DNA of 64,000 bases from Spizellomyces punctatus DAOM BR117 (taxonomy: Eukaryota): assembly GCA_000182565.2 (NCBI GenBank), contig KQ257466.1; one strand, written 5' to 3'. Shown here piece after piece: positions 49,719-61,098 of this stretch (the stretch's first letter is position 1; every line of letters begins with the position of its first letter). The notes beneath the pieces are model-generated. The model was not told where the DNA came from. It saw only the letters and a program-made list of their open reading frames with translations, and made no database searches. A program made the translations under genes and the position numbers.

Positions 49719-52700
49719 ATGCTTCGGTTTGAGGACTGTTTTTGGGGCACGGGTGAAGACCCTACACTGGGTGTACGGACACTGCACACAGTGTTTATGC
49801 AGCACCTGGCAGAAGCCGAAGACATGCTCGCTCTCGTACGAGCTAGAGTGACAATGGAAGAAACGTATGCGTCAAATCTATTGGAGTTGGGACGGCACAG
49901 TGGGTCTGGATCGGGTGGGACGTCTGAAAAGGAGTTACGACGGTACTCTCGTGCGTCGACACCTGCCATTGCCGCGGGGACAATGACCGGCTTGGCGGGT
50001 GAAAAGAGTAAACTGAGTTTGAACCAGATTGCGCAGGGGTTGGGGAATGCAGCCGCTATGTTGCAATCTGCTGCTGTGTCCAGTCGGTTATCGAGACCCA
50101 CCAGCTGGAACATGGTTGCCGAGCCCGAGAGCGATACAAGCACCATTGGACCTATTGACGATCAATCTTCTATTCGCCCCGTCATTCGAACTATCCGAGA
50201 GCAGAATGTCGCTATGGCTGCTATTCATCGCCGACATGCCGATACACTCACTCTAGCTGTCATATCCCCCCTCCAAGCCTTTGTCGAGCAACACAAGAGA
50301 GCGATGACAAAGAAGAAAAATGAAGTAGACCTCAACCACCAGCAGCTCTCCCGTCTTGCAGCAGACATTGAAGCGAGGAGGACAGTGTACCTCCAAAAGT
50401 GCCGGATAGCAGAGGAAGAAGACCGCAAATTCCGCGAAGACGGCGAAACACGAGCGCGGCGCGTCTCGACGGCGCCCATCATGATTGGCAGTCGATCGGT
50501 CGGACCCAACGAGTTTACCACTATTGTCGAGCAAATGCGAAAGGAAGTCAAAATCAAGAGCATCATGACCGATCTCGGATTGTTTGAAGGTTGTTTTATG
50601 GGTGACGATGCGATCGAGTACCTCCGCAAACGCTACCCAGGCGTTCCACGGGGGGACTTGCGCAACGTGTGCCAGGAAATCCTGGATAGAAGACTTATCA
50701 CTGTCGTAGTGGGCCCGAATGACTCTGATTTCGACAGAGCCTTGCCTTACCAGTTTGGCCGTCCGCTACTGAAAACGGGTGAACCTCCTCACGTCAAAGC
50801 CCGCAAAGACGCGGAAATGGCACGATTGGATTACGATGCAGCTATCAAGACTGCCGAACACACGCGATCGGCACTCGAATTCCATATTACGGATTACCTC
50901 ATAGCGGCGCAGGACGCTGAGAAGTATCGCCTCAAAGTCATCAAAGAAGCGGTACTAGCCTTGGAATCAGCTCAAGTATTCGTGGTTGATGAAGTGCGCA
51001 CAACTTGGAGACCACCTTCACTGGAGGATGCCGCCGATCCCATGTCCCCTACTTCCCTGCTCAACTCTCCGGACCCGGAGACAGGCGTCCAATACATTGC
51101 AACCCGTTACCGCACCGGACACCTCCGTTCCAAGCCCTTTGTCTTTGAATCCTACAAAACAGGTCGTGCTCCCCACCAAGTGTTCGGCATTGGGTTCGAA
51201 GAGCTCTTCCGCGCTACAAACACGGCTGTCCCCCCCATTGTCCGCAAATGCGTGGGGTCATTATACGAAAGCTTTGTCAATGGCCGGTCGGCGGTTGATA
51301 CATGGATTACACCTAACCCTGATTTGCCGTCTGTCCAGTTTTTACGGATGGAGTTTAATTCGTCGCCCAAAGGTGGCAGAGTCAGTTCTCGGACGTTGAA
51401 GAGGTATCAACCTCAGGTTGTTGCCGGGGTGCTGAAGCTTTATTTGGTGGAGGCTCCTGCCAGTTTGTGCAGTTATGATACCTATGAAACCTTGAAGATG
51501 CTTTATTCGGATGGTGAGTAAACTGGGGCTTATATCGATGACGTTGTGAATTCAATGTGCTGATCATGTCATGCCCACCACTTTGTGTTCTAGGCTTTCA
51601 ATCGTTTGACGATGACGTGCGGATCAAATCTGTCACGTCCCTTCTTACAACACTCTCACCACCCCACTTTGACAGTCTCAAGTTCTTTACCGGTTACCTC
51701 CACGAACTCACGAAAGATCTCGACGACAATGACGATCGCATCATCCGACTGGCTTATTCTCTGGCGCCTTGCATTCTCCGTCCCAAAACAGAGACGCCCG
51801 AAACCCTCCAAGACCAGCATCCTTGGCGCTTCACCCTCGAACTCATGGTTCGATATACAGACTTCTTTGGGCCCGTGGACAAGACGGCGTTGATGGAAGG
51901 TGCCCTGGAACCCTCGCCGCCTCCATCGCCTGAGCCCGATATGGATGGTGATGATTTGGCGAGTGACATTGGCTCGCCAAGGAGCGTGGTCCAGGGATTG
52001 AAAGTTAAGGGATTAGGTGAGCTTGCGACAAAGGGGATGAATTCTCCGCCTGCTACACCGCCTTTGAGGGAACCCAGCACACCGAAAGGGACGGGATCAT
52101 GGTTCCCGTGGCCGTTAAGTGGGAATGCTACATCGAACGGCTCGGGACCCTCATCTCCTCTGACTGGAGCACCCCAGACTCCCACCGGTGCGGAGAGTCC
52201 TGATTCGGATAAGTTGAAACCCGTGTCGAGCGACCAGCAGAATCGAGATGAAGTAGCAGGCAAAGAGATCAAGGAGGCTCGCCGGGCATCTCGACTGGAG
52301 GACCGATTGGCTGGCATTTTAGCCAAAGCCAAGGCGCGTTCCGTAGCGGTACCTGTTCCCACTAGTGAACCCGCATCACCGATCCCTGCAAGCTCGTCAA
52401 CTCCAGAACCTACTCAATCCGACGCACACAAATCCGCCACCCCGAGTTCCCCACCCGTGGAAACCACCTGGACATCCCTCAAAGGTCTTCTTGGTAAATC
52501 CAAACGCTCTTCAAACACCTCCAGCTCCTCCTCCGGCCGCCAAACACCTGACCGCCCAATATCTCCAGCCACGACGGCTCCCGCCGTGGCTATCACACCC
52601 TCCGCTGCAGCCAAACTCTACGACCTCGAGCGCGTGGATACCGCCACACCCCCGATATCCGCAGTTTCTACGACGGAGTTGCTCTACCGAGGCGCTCCGA

Positions 52701-53326
52701 CCCCCGTGCCGCAGGACGATACACCCCTGTTGGTTGAGCCGCCAAAGCAACCCGAGAACCAGGACCAGGACACTCAGAAAACGTATGTCACATCGGTTGC
52801 GTCGGCCGCTGCATCCTTTTTGGGAAGTGTCGTTGGGGGGATGGGTATGGCCGGTGGGTTGAATCAGAAACAGGACGAGGAGGAATCGGATATACCATCT
52901 GCACAGGATGGGGAAATCAGCCGGGAACTCGACGATGTCCACGCAGAAGACGAAGAGGAAGAGGAACAAGCCGAGCACTCTGCCATCCATACCACGCCAA
53001 CACCTTATGACCACGTCCTCAACTCTGACCACGCCACCGACTACGACTCCCATTCCCACTATGAAGACGGTGGAGATGAAACATCCGATGATGAGGAGGA
53101 AGAGGAGGAGGAGGAGGAAGAAGAAGAGGACGCAGCTCAAGGAACGTACGACTCTATGGAAGGCTACGACGAAACTGAAGTCGTGATTGTTGAAGAAGAC
53201 GACCACTCGGAGCATCATGGCGATGTGGATGAAGATGACCGAGAAGAAGACGATTATGTAGAAATGAGGGAACACATGTTCCCTGCTAGTGCTCAGGATT
53301 TGAACGAGTACCTCCAGTGGGGTTGA
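49719..53326 (+). CDS. F-BAR (FCH) + DEP + RhoGAP protein, Rgd2/Rga8-like; one intron about 51514-51593
   Basis: FEDCFWG...ARVTMEETYASNL (FCH); FMGDDAIEYL (DEP-like); QVFGIGF...VPPIV...VAGVLKLYLVEAPASL...LAPCILRP (RhoGAP); acidic tail. Confidence 0.88.
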
Positions 53327-54013
53327 GGTACATAGAATAGATAGGGGAGGTTGTACGTAGGGTAAAACTGTTGGTGAGGACATTACCTAGTAGCATAGAT
53401 TATTAGTGTAGAAGAGTTTGGGTTAGTCTGCTATTTTGATAAGATAGAATATATTCTAAGATTTGTATATTCCGGTATAGAGAACATCCGATTTTTAAAA
53501 ATATGTGCCTGCATAGAAATTCCTACAATGTTGTCATTTCCATGTTGTGCTAGTTGTGGGGCCTTCGGCATCACAGAGACCATGGCACATGCTTGCCTGG
53601 CGGCATGCCAAGGGAGTTTGTCGCGGATGGAGCTGCTATGATTCTGCCCTCAACTCCCCACGCTACCTGATCGTCATGACATTCTCAACTCCTGCCAACT
53701 TCACAGTTCTCCGTCCTGCGTCGTTCCTTGACGTGTCCGCACGCAGTATGACCCCCATCCCGGGAAGTGGAGCTTGGGACTCAGGCATGGCAGGAACAAG
53801 ATCAAGTATTTTTGTGGTTGTCAGGCCGATTTGAGGACATTCCCGTGTAAGATGCGTATCAGCCTCCTAAAAATATCTACTCTACGCGCCATTGTCTTAA
53901 TAGCTTCTTGAGATTGTCATTCGCTAACAGGTTCCATGGAAGTGTTTCTCTGCGTTTATGGCGCGCATGTATTAACGAAACTGCTAAAGATAGCTATTTA
54001 TCTACCTATCCTG

Positions 54014-55666
54014 TCAAACTACTTGCTGAAATAGTTTTATCATGTCATCAGCATCCTCCAAATCTACCGACGGAAAATCGGGGATGGGGTGTCCAAAGGC
54101 GGAAACAATAGAACTTGTAGCTGCATCTACAGGCCTTTCTACGACGACCGGGTCGAGAGGCTCCATTTTAATGGCTTGCTTTAGTGTATGACTTCGTGTG
54201 CTGTGGCGTCGGGGAGTGGCCGTTGATGACGTCTGGGGTTCCTCCTTTTTGATAGGCGTTCGAAGTCGTTTGGATTTTGCGGGTGGTTTGAATTCTGCAG
54301 CTTCCGGACTCGTTATCTCTTGTTTTACTATGCGTTTGCGGCGTGTTGTCCTAGGTGACGATTCTACATCCGCAATGTCTTGGTCACGTTCTACTTTTAT
54401 TCTCTTCCGTCCATTTCCTTTAATTGGAACCTCTTCAGCGGCGTCAGGATGGCTGGCACCAGTGTCCTCCTCCTTTAATTCACTTTTCGTTTTATTCTAT
54501 GGCATGTGTGAATAAGATGACTCGCACTCAAGAATCAACGCAAAAATGCACCTTTCTTCGCCCAATGATGGTATTGCCATGTAGTTTCTGCACAGCCGGT
54601 ACAATCGCCGTTGTACGTCCCGCTACCGTTTCAAACTTGATATTACTCCCGTCAGGCATCTTGGCCTCTCGATTTGTTACACGCCCTTTTCCCCATCTGC
54701 GCACCAACGGCATGAGATCTCCTATGGAGATGTATCGTTTGCAAGCGTTCGCCGACCTCACCGATAATGAAAAAGCCAATCATTAGGGAATTTGCTGCTG
54801 TCTGCATTAACGGCGACAGCAGTCTTTATTACAAATGACAACTGATCATGCAACGCGGCCAACTCTGCATCTGTCAGAGATACTGTATTCTGGGCAGGAT
54901 GCACCCGAGCTTGAAACAGGACCTGATGAGATCGGTTTAGCACAAGTTTACGGTCACCATTCTCAACCTGCTTACCTCATCCGCAACCCAGTTCCCAACG
55001 CCCGCACTGAAGGCTTGATCGAGCAACAACGCTTTTATGGGACATTTTCTCTTACGAACTGTCTCGGAGAAAACATCCAGATCTGGCATGCTCAACAAGG
55101 GATCAAACCCCAACTCTGATATCGGCGGATGCAGGAGTGGATCCCCATCAACTAGCCTGATCCGCGCAAGCCGTCGCATATCGGTAAAGGCCAGTTCTTG
55201 GCCGTCATCAAAGCGGATGACAAATTTGTAAAACCTAGGTGGCCAATCATCGCCAGCCGTACTGAAATCCTTATACTCCAATCCTGCCTGTCCTTTGATC
55301 TGTAGCATTAAAAGTTATACGAGCACACGACTTGAGGTTCACTGTAAACTTGACGTACCCGAACAGAGCCGGTCATACCCAAGTGAAGGACAGGACAAGG
55401 GTGCTGATCGAGTATCAGATAAAAGACTTTTCCGCGACGGCCAGTATCTACTAAGGTTCGTCCCTTCACCTTGGTAGCAAACTCTTGGTTTGTACACCCT
55501 TGGTAGACAATGTCGTCCACGACCTAAGGGTTGACCTCAAGTTAAAGATGGCGGTGAGATTAGAACTGACAACTGAACCTACTGTTTCAACATCAACTAT
55601 GGCTTTATTCAAGAAATTGGAATGAATAAGTAGCCGTGCTCGCTCCACTTCTGGAAGCTCTGGCAT
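54014..55666 (-). CDS. mutM: Formamidopyrimidine-DNA glycosylase (Fpg/MutM), plant/fungal zincless-finger type, spliced
   Basis: N-terminal MPELPEVE, RRGK, HLGMTG, FTDMRRLARI, LGFDP, IKALLLDQAFSAGVGNWVADE, WLFHYRW, ETVAGRTTAIVP. The 3' end is approximate. Confidence 0.93.
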
Positions 55667-56014
55667 TGTGTTCTTTACAACACCCAAGGCAGATGCCACT
55701 TGCCCATTATGCTGATCGACTGATGAGTCATCATGCACTCGTAAGCATTCAGTAAGCACGTCGCCGACAGTAATAAGAAGTCATCAAGACTTTGTATCTC
55801 ATAGATCATATCGCTCTTGTTCCTCGTTCATAGAATTACATAGATAATGCTTATTGCTCTACTCTAAATTCATCCTTTTGAAGTCGAGAGGGCCCGATAC
55901 GAGCCTTGTTCTAACCTAGGGCATGAGAAACGCGACGCGAATCGTACTGCATCTTCCTGCCCATTAATAAGATCTATTTCATATTTTATAAAACCTAGCA
56001 CGAGTCCGCATAAT

Positions 56015-59000
56015 ATGGATGAAGCAGGCGTGAGATCTCGTCGCGGATCTGCTGGATCGAATTCTCCCGAGCCATCGGCTAGGGTATCCGTGACTGAGAA
56101 ATATGCTGCATCAGCTGCCATTCCCTCCGCAAACATACCGACCGATACTGGCCGTCGCCCATCTGCCTCAGCACTTGTCAATCGGGTCCGTCGCGCATCC
56201 CTTGCCGCCCGTCCCGACACTTTTATGACGGTCATACACTCTGCCACACTCATGAATGCAGCTACAAATGAAGAAACAGCCATATCAAAAGCGGTGTTCT
56301 ATGATCGTATGCTGGAAACCCTGGATAGCGGGATGGACGAAGGAAGGGCTCTGGCTGAAGCTGTTCGAGCTGCGAAAGAAGTCGCGAGCAAAAAGAAGGC
56401 AGGTGGTGGACCAGATGCAAACCCTACGAGTGCATCTCTTCTATCGGCTCCTCCGCAACGGACAGTACCGACGACAGAAGCACCTATCCCAGTAACTGGT
56501 GAAAAAACTGAGAATTTAGACAGCCCGTCGGCAGTCTCTAATGACGACAATGTCCCTGATCCCGGCAATGTGTCACCGGGCGGCTCTCAGCCGGCTACGC
56601 CAGCCCCTTCTCGTCCAGCAACTCCTTCTGCGGGCAGTCGAAAGTTAAAAGGCCTCTTCAACACCATTATTAAGCCATCCCTCGAAAAGCAATCGCGAGA
56701 CCCCACGCCTACTTCAACATCACAGGGGGTATCAATCGCCAAACTTCGAATGATTCACAGGAGATTAATGCTCAGTGTCGACGAATACGATGCCATTACA
56801 TTTGGCGAAGCCTTTGGTGTGTACCACGCAATATCGGGAGAGAAGGCACTCCCTCTGAGCGCTGGTGGTAACAGCGTAATCCTATATCTTCAACAGACCG
56901 CGAAAAGTCAATGTTGGAGTCCTCCCGGGCGGCTGTCCAGAAAGCAAAAGACGAGACGCGTCGAGCGATCATTGAAGAATACGAAAAGGTACAGCCCTGT
57001 TGGCCTATGCGTACTAATGAGCTGTACAGCTGATGAGATAAAGATGCTTCAATGGGTTCATTAGCGTATTAAGCATGACAACTGCAATGCAAAGATATCG
57101 GTACTTGAGCGAGAGAACCATATTATGAAAGATGAAACAGCGCGAACTATGGGAGTAAATCGAGAGGTAGGTAAGCAGGGAAGGTAATATTGCTTTCTGT
57201 GTTGGGGTAATATTGAGACTAAAAAGTGGTGCCATTCTCTACCTTTTCGTAGCTGACGCAAGAAATCACCGCTCTCCGCCTGTTCAAGTCTACTGCTGAA
57301 ACTGAACAAGCGCTAATGGTTGACGAGCTGGCCAGACGTCGGCTGCAAACCCGAGCGATACGAAAAAGGCTCAAGAAAGCATTGCAACGTATTCATGAGT
57401 TGGATGAGCAATTGCAGGCATCAACTGAGGGTGCTAATTCCACCATAAAGGGCAAAAACCAACGAAAAGCGTCGTCAACAGCGGCATCGAGAAAAACCAA
57501 GCATGGCTCGTCAGAAAGCACTGAATATGAGTTAGAAATAAAAAGTGCCGAGGAAGCGACAACGGACGATGACAAAATCATCGACGCCGAGTGGGAAGAA
57601 TGGTGGTAAGTATCGACCATTTGTCCTAACCTACGCTTATCATCGTGGCTGGGGAGCGCCTAACGTAACACCATCCAACACATAAGTCGTACTACGCATT
57701 TCACACAGCCCAAGTGGAACCAGTCAACGTCTACGAAAGCTCTCTCCGGAGATGCCCCTCCATCTGTCATCCACACTGGGGATGGTTTACTAAATTCGAC
57801 TGACGACGAAAGGGCATCGAGTCCGACAAGAGGTAAGATCTGACTGTTATGCCAAAATCTCTTGGTTTTGTGAGGCCTCACTGGATTACATGCACCTAGA
57901 TACCCATCAAGCGAACGATACACAGAAAAGGAGACGAAAGAGAAGGTGAGGAATGAAACAAGCAGCATGAAACACTGCTGACCTCGCTGACATTCCCTCG
58001 TCTGCCTGCCATAGACGACAGCTCGCAGAACATAGGCGACAAGCTGAACTTTTCACTCGGCTGACAGATGTTCTGGAGGAATGCTTTACTGGAAAGCAAG
58101 AAGAAAGAGACGATGCAGTCCTTGCGACAGAGAGTGTCTTAGATGGCTCGACAAGTGCTGGCATGGACAGAACCCTCATCAACCGCCTTGCGTCTCACGA
58201 ATCGCTGATACGTCAGCTTCTATCAGGGCTTAGATCCTACATGTCACCAATAGTGTGGACCTCGAGCGGAGACGACACTGATGGCCACATGTCAATTTCT
58301 GATTCTGCTGAGACATCGGGCTCTGAGAAGCTGTCGCGGTCGGCGTCTCAGCGGAGAACCCCTCGCAACTCTGCGAACCCTGTATCACGCCCACGTACCC
58401 CTCGTACAGGGTCGACATCTCCTATGACGGGAGTCGGGGCGGGGGTATGTGAGCGGGAGGCGTCAAAAAGACCAGCGGATTTTGGTCGGCCTGCGAAGAT
58501 ACAAGACATAATTCGTGAGGTGGAGACAAAGGCAGCTCACGCAGCCAAAGCCGTGGGTTTGATGTCTGCTCAAATATCCAACAAGCACGAACCCAGCGCC
58601 TTGCTTGATCGCACCAGTTCCGTGCCACCACCGTCACATGGTGAGCGAGCTGCAGGTTTTGGAGATGTTCGTCAGTGGCTGCTAAGGGCTAGTTCACGAC
58701 CTAAAAGCGCACCAACAAGCAGACATGGTGTGCCAGGTGGAGCCTTCGCGCAAGGAAATTTGCGGAATGGAAGCTGGGAGGATGAGTGGGATGAAGCAGA
58801 TGTAACGGAAGGCCAATGTCCTACAGGCAAGTCGGAAACAGATGAACCAAAGGGTATGGTAGGTGCGGTTGGCATATCAGACAAGGACGACAAAGCTGGC
58901 GCTTCAAACATGACTGCCATTGGTAGGAATGTAACACCTAAGCCAGCGTGGGACGATGTGCCAGATAACCGAACCAGACCAGCTTCTGCATTCACATCCT

Positions 59001-59194
59001 CGGCGTCTCCCGGAAAACATAGGCCAGTAGAAGACGATTGTCGGAAACGCCATGTACGTCCAATGTCCGCACCGGTGCGCTCTCATGCAGGGGGCATGGC
59101 TGGTGGGCTGTTGGTGGGCCGAGCACACCCCAGACCAAAGGTGTCGCGACCAAATACTTTCAACGTAACGGTCAACGGGAGGCACATAGGCTAG
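56015..59194 (+). CDS. Hypothetical multi-exon coiled-coil/low-complexity protein
   Basis: Long ORFs 56015-57064, 57316-57609 and 58163-59194 are separated by GT-AG introns. There are heptad-like segments and RPxSA motifs. No family recognised. Confidence 0.65.
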
Positions 59195-59300
59195 TCTGAA
59201 CACCAGTATTTGTCTTAACTTTACGGTTTTAGTCTGGCAATATATTTCATCTGCTGCACATAAGAGGTCAACGATTTTTCCATAACTATTGTCCGCTGTT

Positions 59301-59642
59301 TTAGCTCTTGGCGGGCTTTGGCGGTGGATGAGCCCTGTCGGCCTGCGTCACAGAAACAGTAACAGCATCAACAAGACGTTCCGTTCTGTTGGATGGAGCT
59401 TGTTTATATGCACTTACACCACTACATGCGAGCTCGTAGTATTTATTGTTTCTCTCGTTTTTAGCCCATCCTGGTGGAAGATGCTGGAACTTGTCACCCA
59501 CGGCGGCTTTGGTTCTTTGCAGGTCTCCTTGGGCGATACCTGCCCCACCATGTGGAGACAGGTTAGAGGATTCCTTCTTGATTGCCGAGCGGGCTAGGAG
59601 CGATGTGTGAAAAGTACGCTTGACAATAAATGCACGCATCAT
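59301..59642 (-). CDS. Small hypothetical protein with a mitochondrial-presequence-like N-terminus
   Basis: 113-aa ORF starting MMRAFIVKRTFHTSLLARSA: basic, no acidic residues, RxFHTS cleavage-like motif. Confidence 0.6.
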   Translation of the reverse strand: MMRAFIVKRTFHTSLLARSAIKKESSNLSPHGGAGIAQGDLQRTKAAVGDKFQHLPPGWAKNERNNKYYELACSGVSAYKQAPSNRTERLVDAVTVSVTQADRAHPPPKPAKS

Positions 59643-59772
59643 GTTTTGTTGTCGTAGTCAAAATGGACTTGCGAAATCTGTGCAAGAGGGTGGTTGGGAC
59701 CCTTACGTCATGAAGAACGCGACACTTTGGCAACGGCTCACCAACCCTTTCCTTGGTTTGTTTGTCGTCCCC

Positions 59773-60039
59773 ATGAACCAAAACGATCTCGCTTCTCGTC
59801 TCAATGCAGAAGGCTATACCACGACATTCGTCTGGGAAGATATGCCACATGCAGTATACCCAAACCACACTCACGCAGTCGAAACTACACACATTATCCT
59901 GGCTGGGGAAATGACATTGACGATGGACGGCCAGTCACAGACCTTTAAGAGAGGAGAAAGGGCGGATGTTCCCGCGGGAACTGTGCATTCAGCTCAAATG
60001 GGTCCAGAGGGCTGCAGATATTTGATTCGTGAGAAATGA
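59773..60039 (+). CDS. Small cupin-domain protein (88 aa, intronless)
   Basis: Cupin motif 1 YPNHTHAVETTHIILAGEM and motif 2 GERADVPAGTVHSA. Confidence 0.88.
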   Translation: MNQNDLASRLNAEGYTTTFVWEDMPHAVYPNHTHAVETTHIILAGEMTLTMDGQSQTFKRGERADVPAGTVHSAQMGPEGCRYLIREK

Positions 60040-60172
60040 ATATGAGACGTAAGCGAGGGCAGGAACGTCATATAATTGCCGTCTGTCATTATACGGCCCA
60101 TTGCCAAGCACCTTGCTCCAATGTTTATTGTAAATTTGAGATATAATGCATCAGTAAGTGCTATACTACTAT

Positions 60173-60749
60173 CTATACCCCGCTCATCGGCGGTGGGTGT
60201 TGGCCGCCAGAGGCAGCGGCCGGAGGTGGTGGATAGGGAGGACGCGGATGTACCTGACCGTGACTACCCTCGGACATCGGTGCTCCCGTCAAGTTTTGCG
60301 CAGAATTGAAATTCGAAGACGAGTCACGATACGCAGGCTGGCCCATCTGATTGCCGAAGACAATGGGTTGCCTCCACATGCCGGCTCGCCTCCGTCTGAG
60401 TGCATAGCAGCAACAAATGCATAAAAGTACGAGAAGGACGAATCCGCCGATCACTCCCCCAATAATGGCTGCAGTCGGGTTGTAGGCGTACCATCCGTAT
60501 GGACATACTCCGTATCGTAGGTTGCATGTCCCCGGACTATTTGTCAAAAAATAATTCGAATAAATGAGCAAATGGCCTCGGAAGCACTTTTGATTGTGGG
60601 CGTACAGTCTTGTCTTGGCACACTTACTTGCAGCTCCCAGTTGAAAACGTTCCCCTGTGGAATCCACCGCATGAGCATCTACAGAGTGCATCCACTTGGA
60701 CAATGCATAGGGCAAAGGTCACCACTACTGTAGTAGTGAGCTGGAACAT
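60173..60749 (-). CDS. Small single-pass membrane protein: signal peptide, 6-Cys ectodomain, TM-CCC, Pro-rich tail (Shisa/RCR-like)
   Basis: Spliced reading MFQLTTTVVVTFALCIVQVDA-LCRCSCGG...SCNPGTCNLRYGVCP; TM IIGGVIGGFVLLVLLCICCC-YALRRRR; tail PRPPYPPPP. Confidence 0.75.
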
Positions 60750-61098
60750 CTTTTGTATGGCACAACGTTAACCGTTCTTCTAGAGTAGCAGGATGTTGGA
60801 AAAAAGAAAAAAGCGTTCAACTTATGAAGCACTTGAGAGATGGCCCTCGTCATCAGGGACAGGAATCTAATGACGTAAGTGAGAGGTCCAAGCCCGCATC
60901 ACGCTTCTTGGAAAGATCCCCAGAAATGACATGAAAACCTTATTGAGCTTTAAATGTCATTTGCGCAAGCCTTATGGCGAAAACAACTCCAACGTAAAGT
61001 TACATTCGGGGTATCGCGAATAACTGTCGAATACAAATGTACAGTGTAGCTATCTACTAATATACTTTGAATCCCTCATAATGTCTATCATGTGAGTA

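Noticed and set aside
53500-54000. Short ORFs between the RhoGAP and Fpg genes
   Set aside because: No motif or splice support; this is a convergent 3' intergenic region.
54540-54700. Fpg lacking the C-terminal zinc finger
   Set aside because: The zincless finger is the established state for plant and fungal Fpg, so it is not novel.
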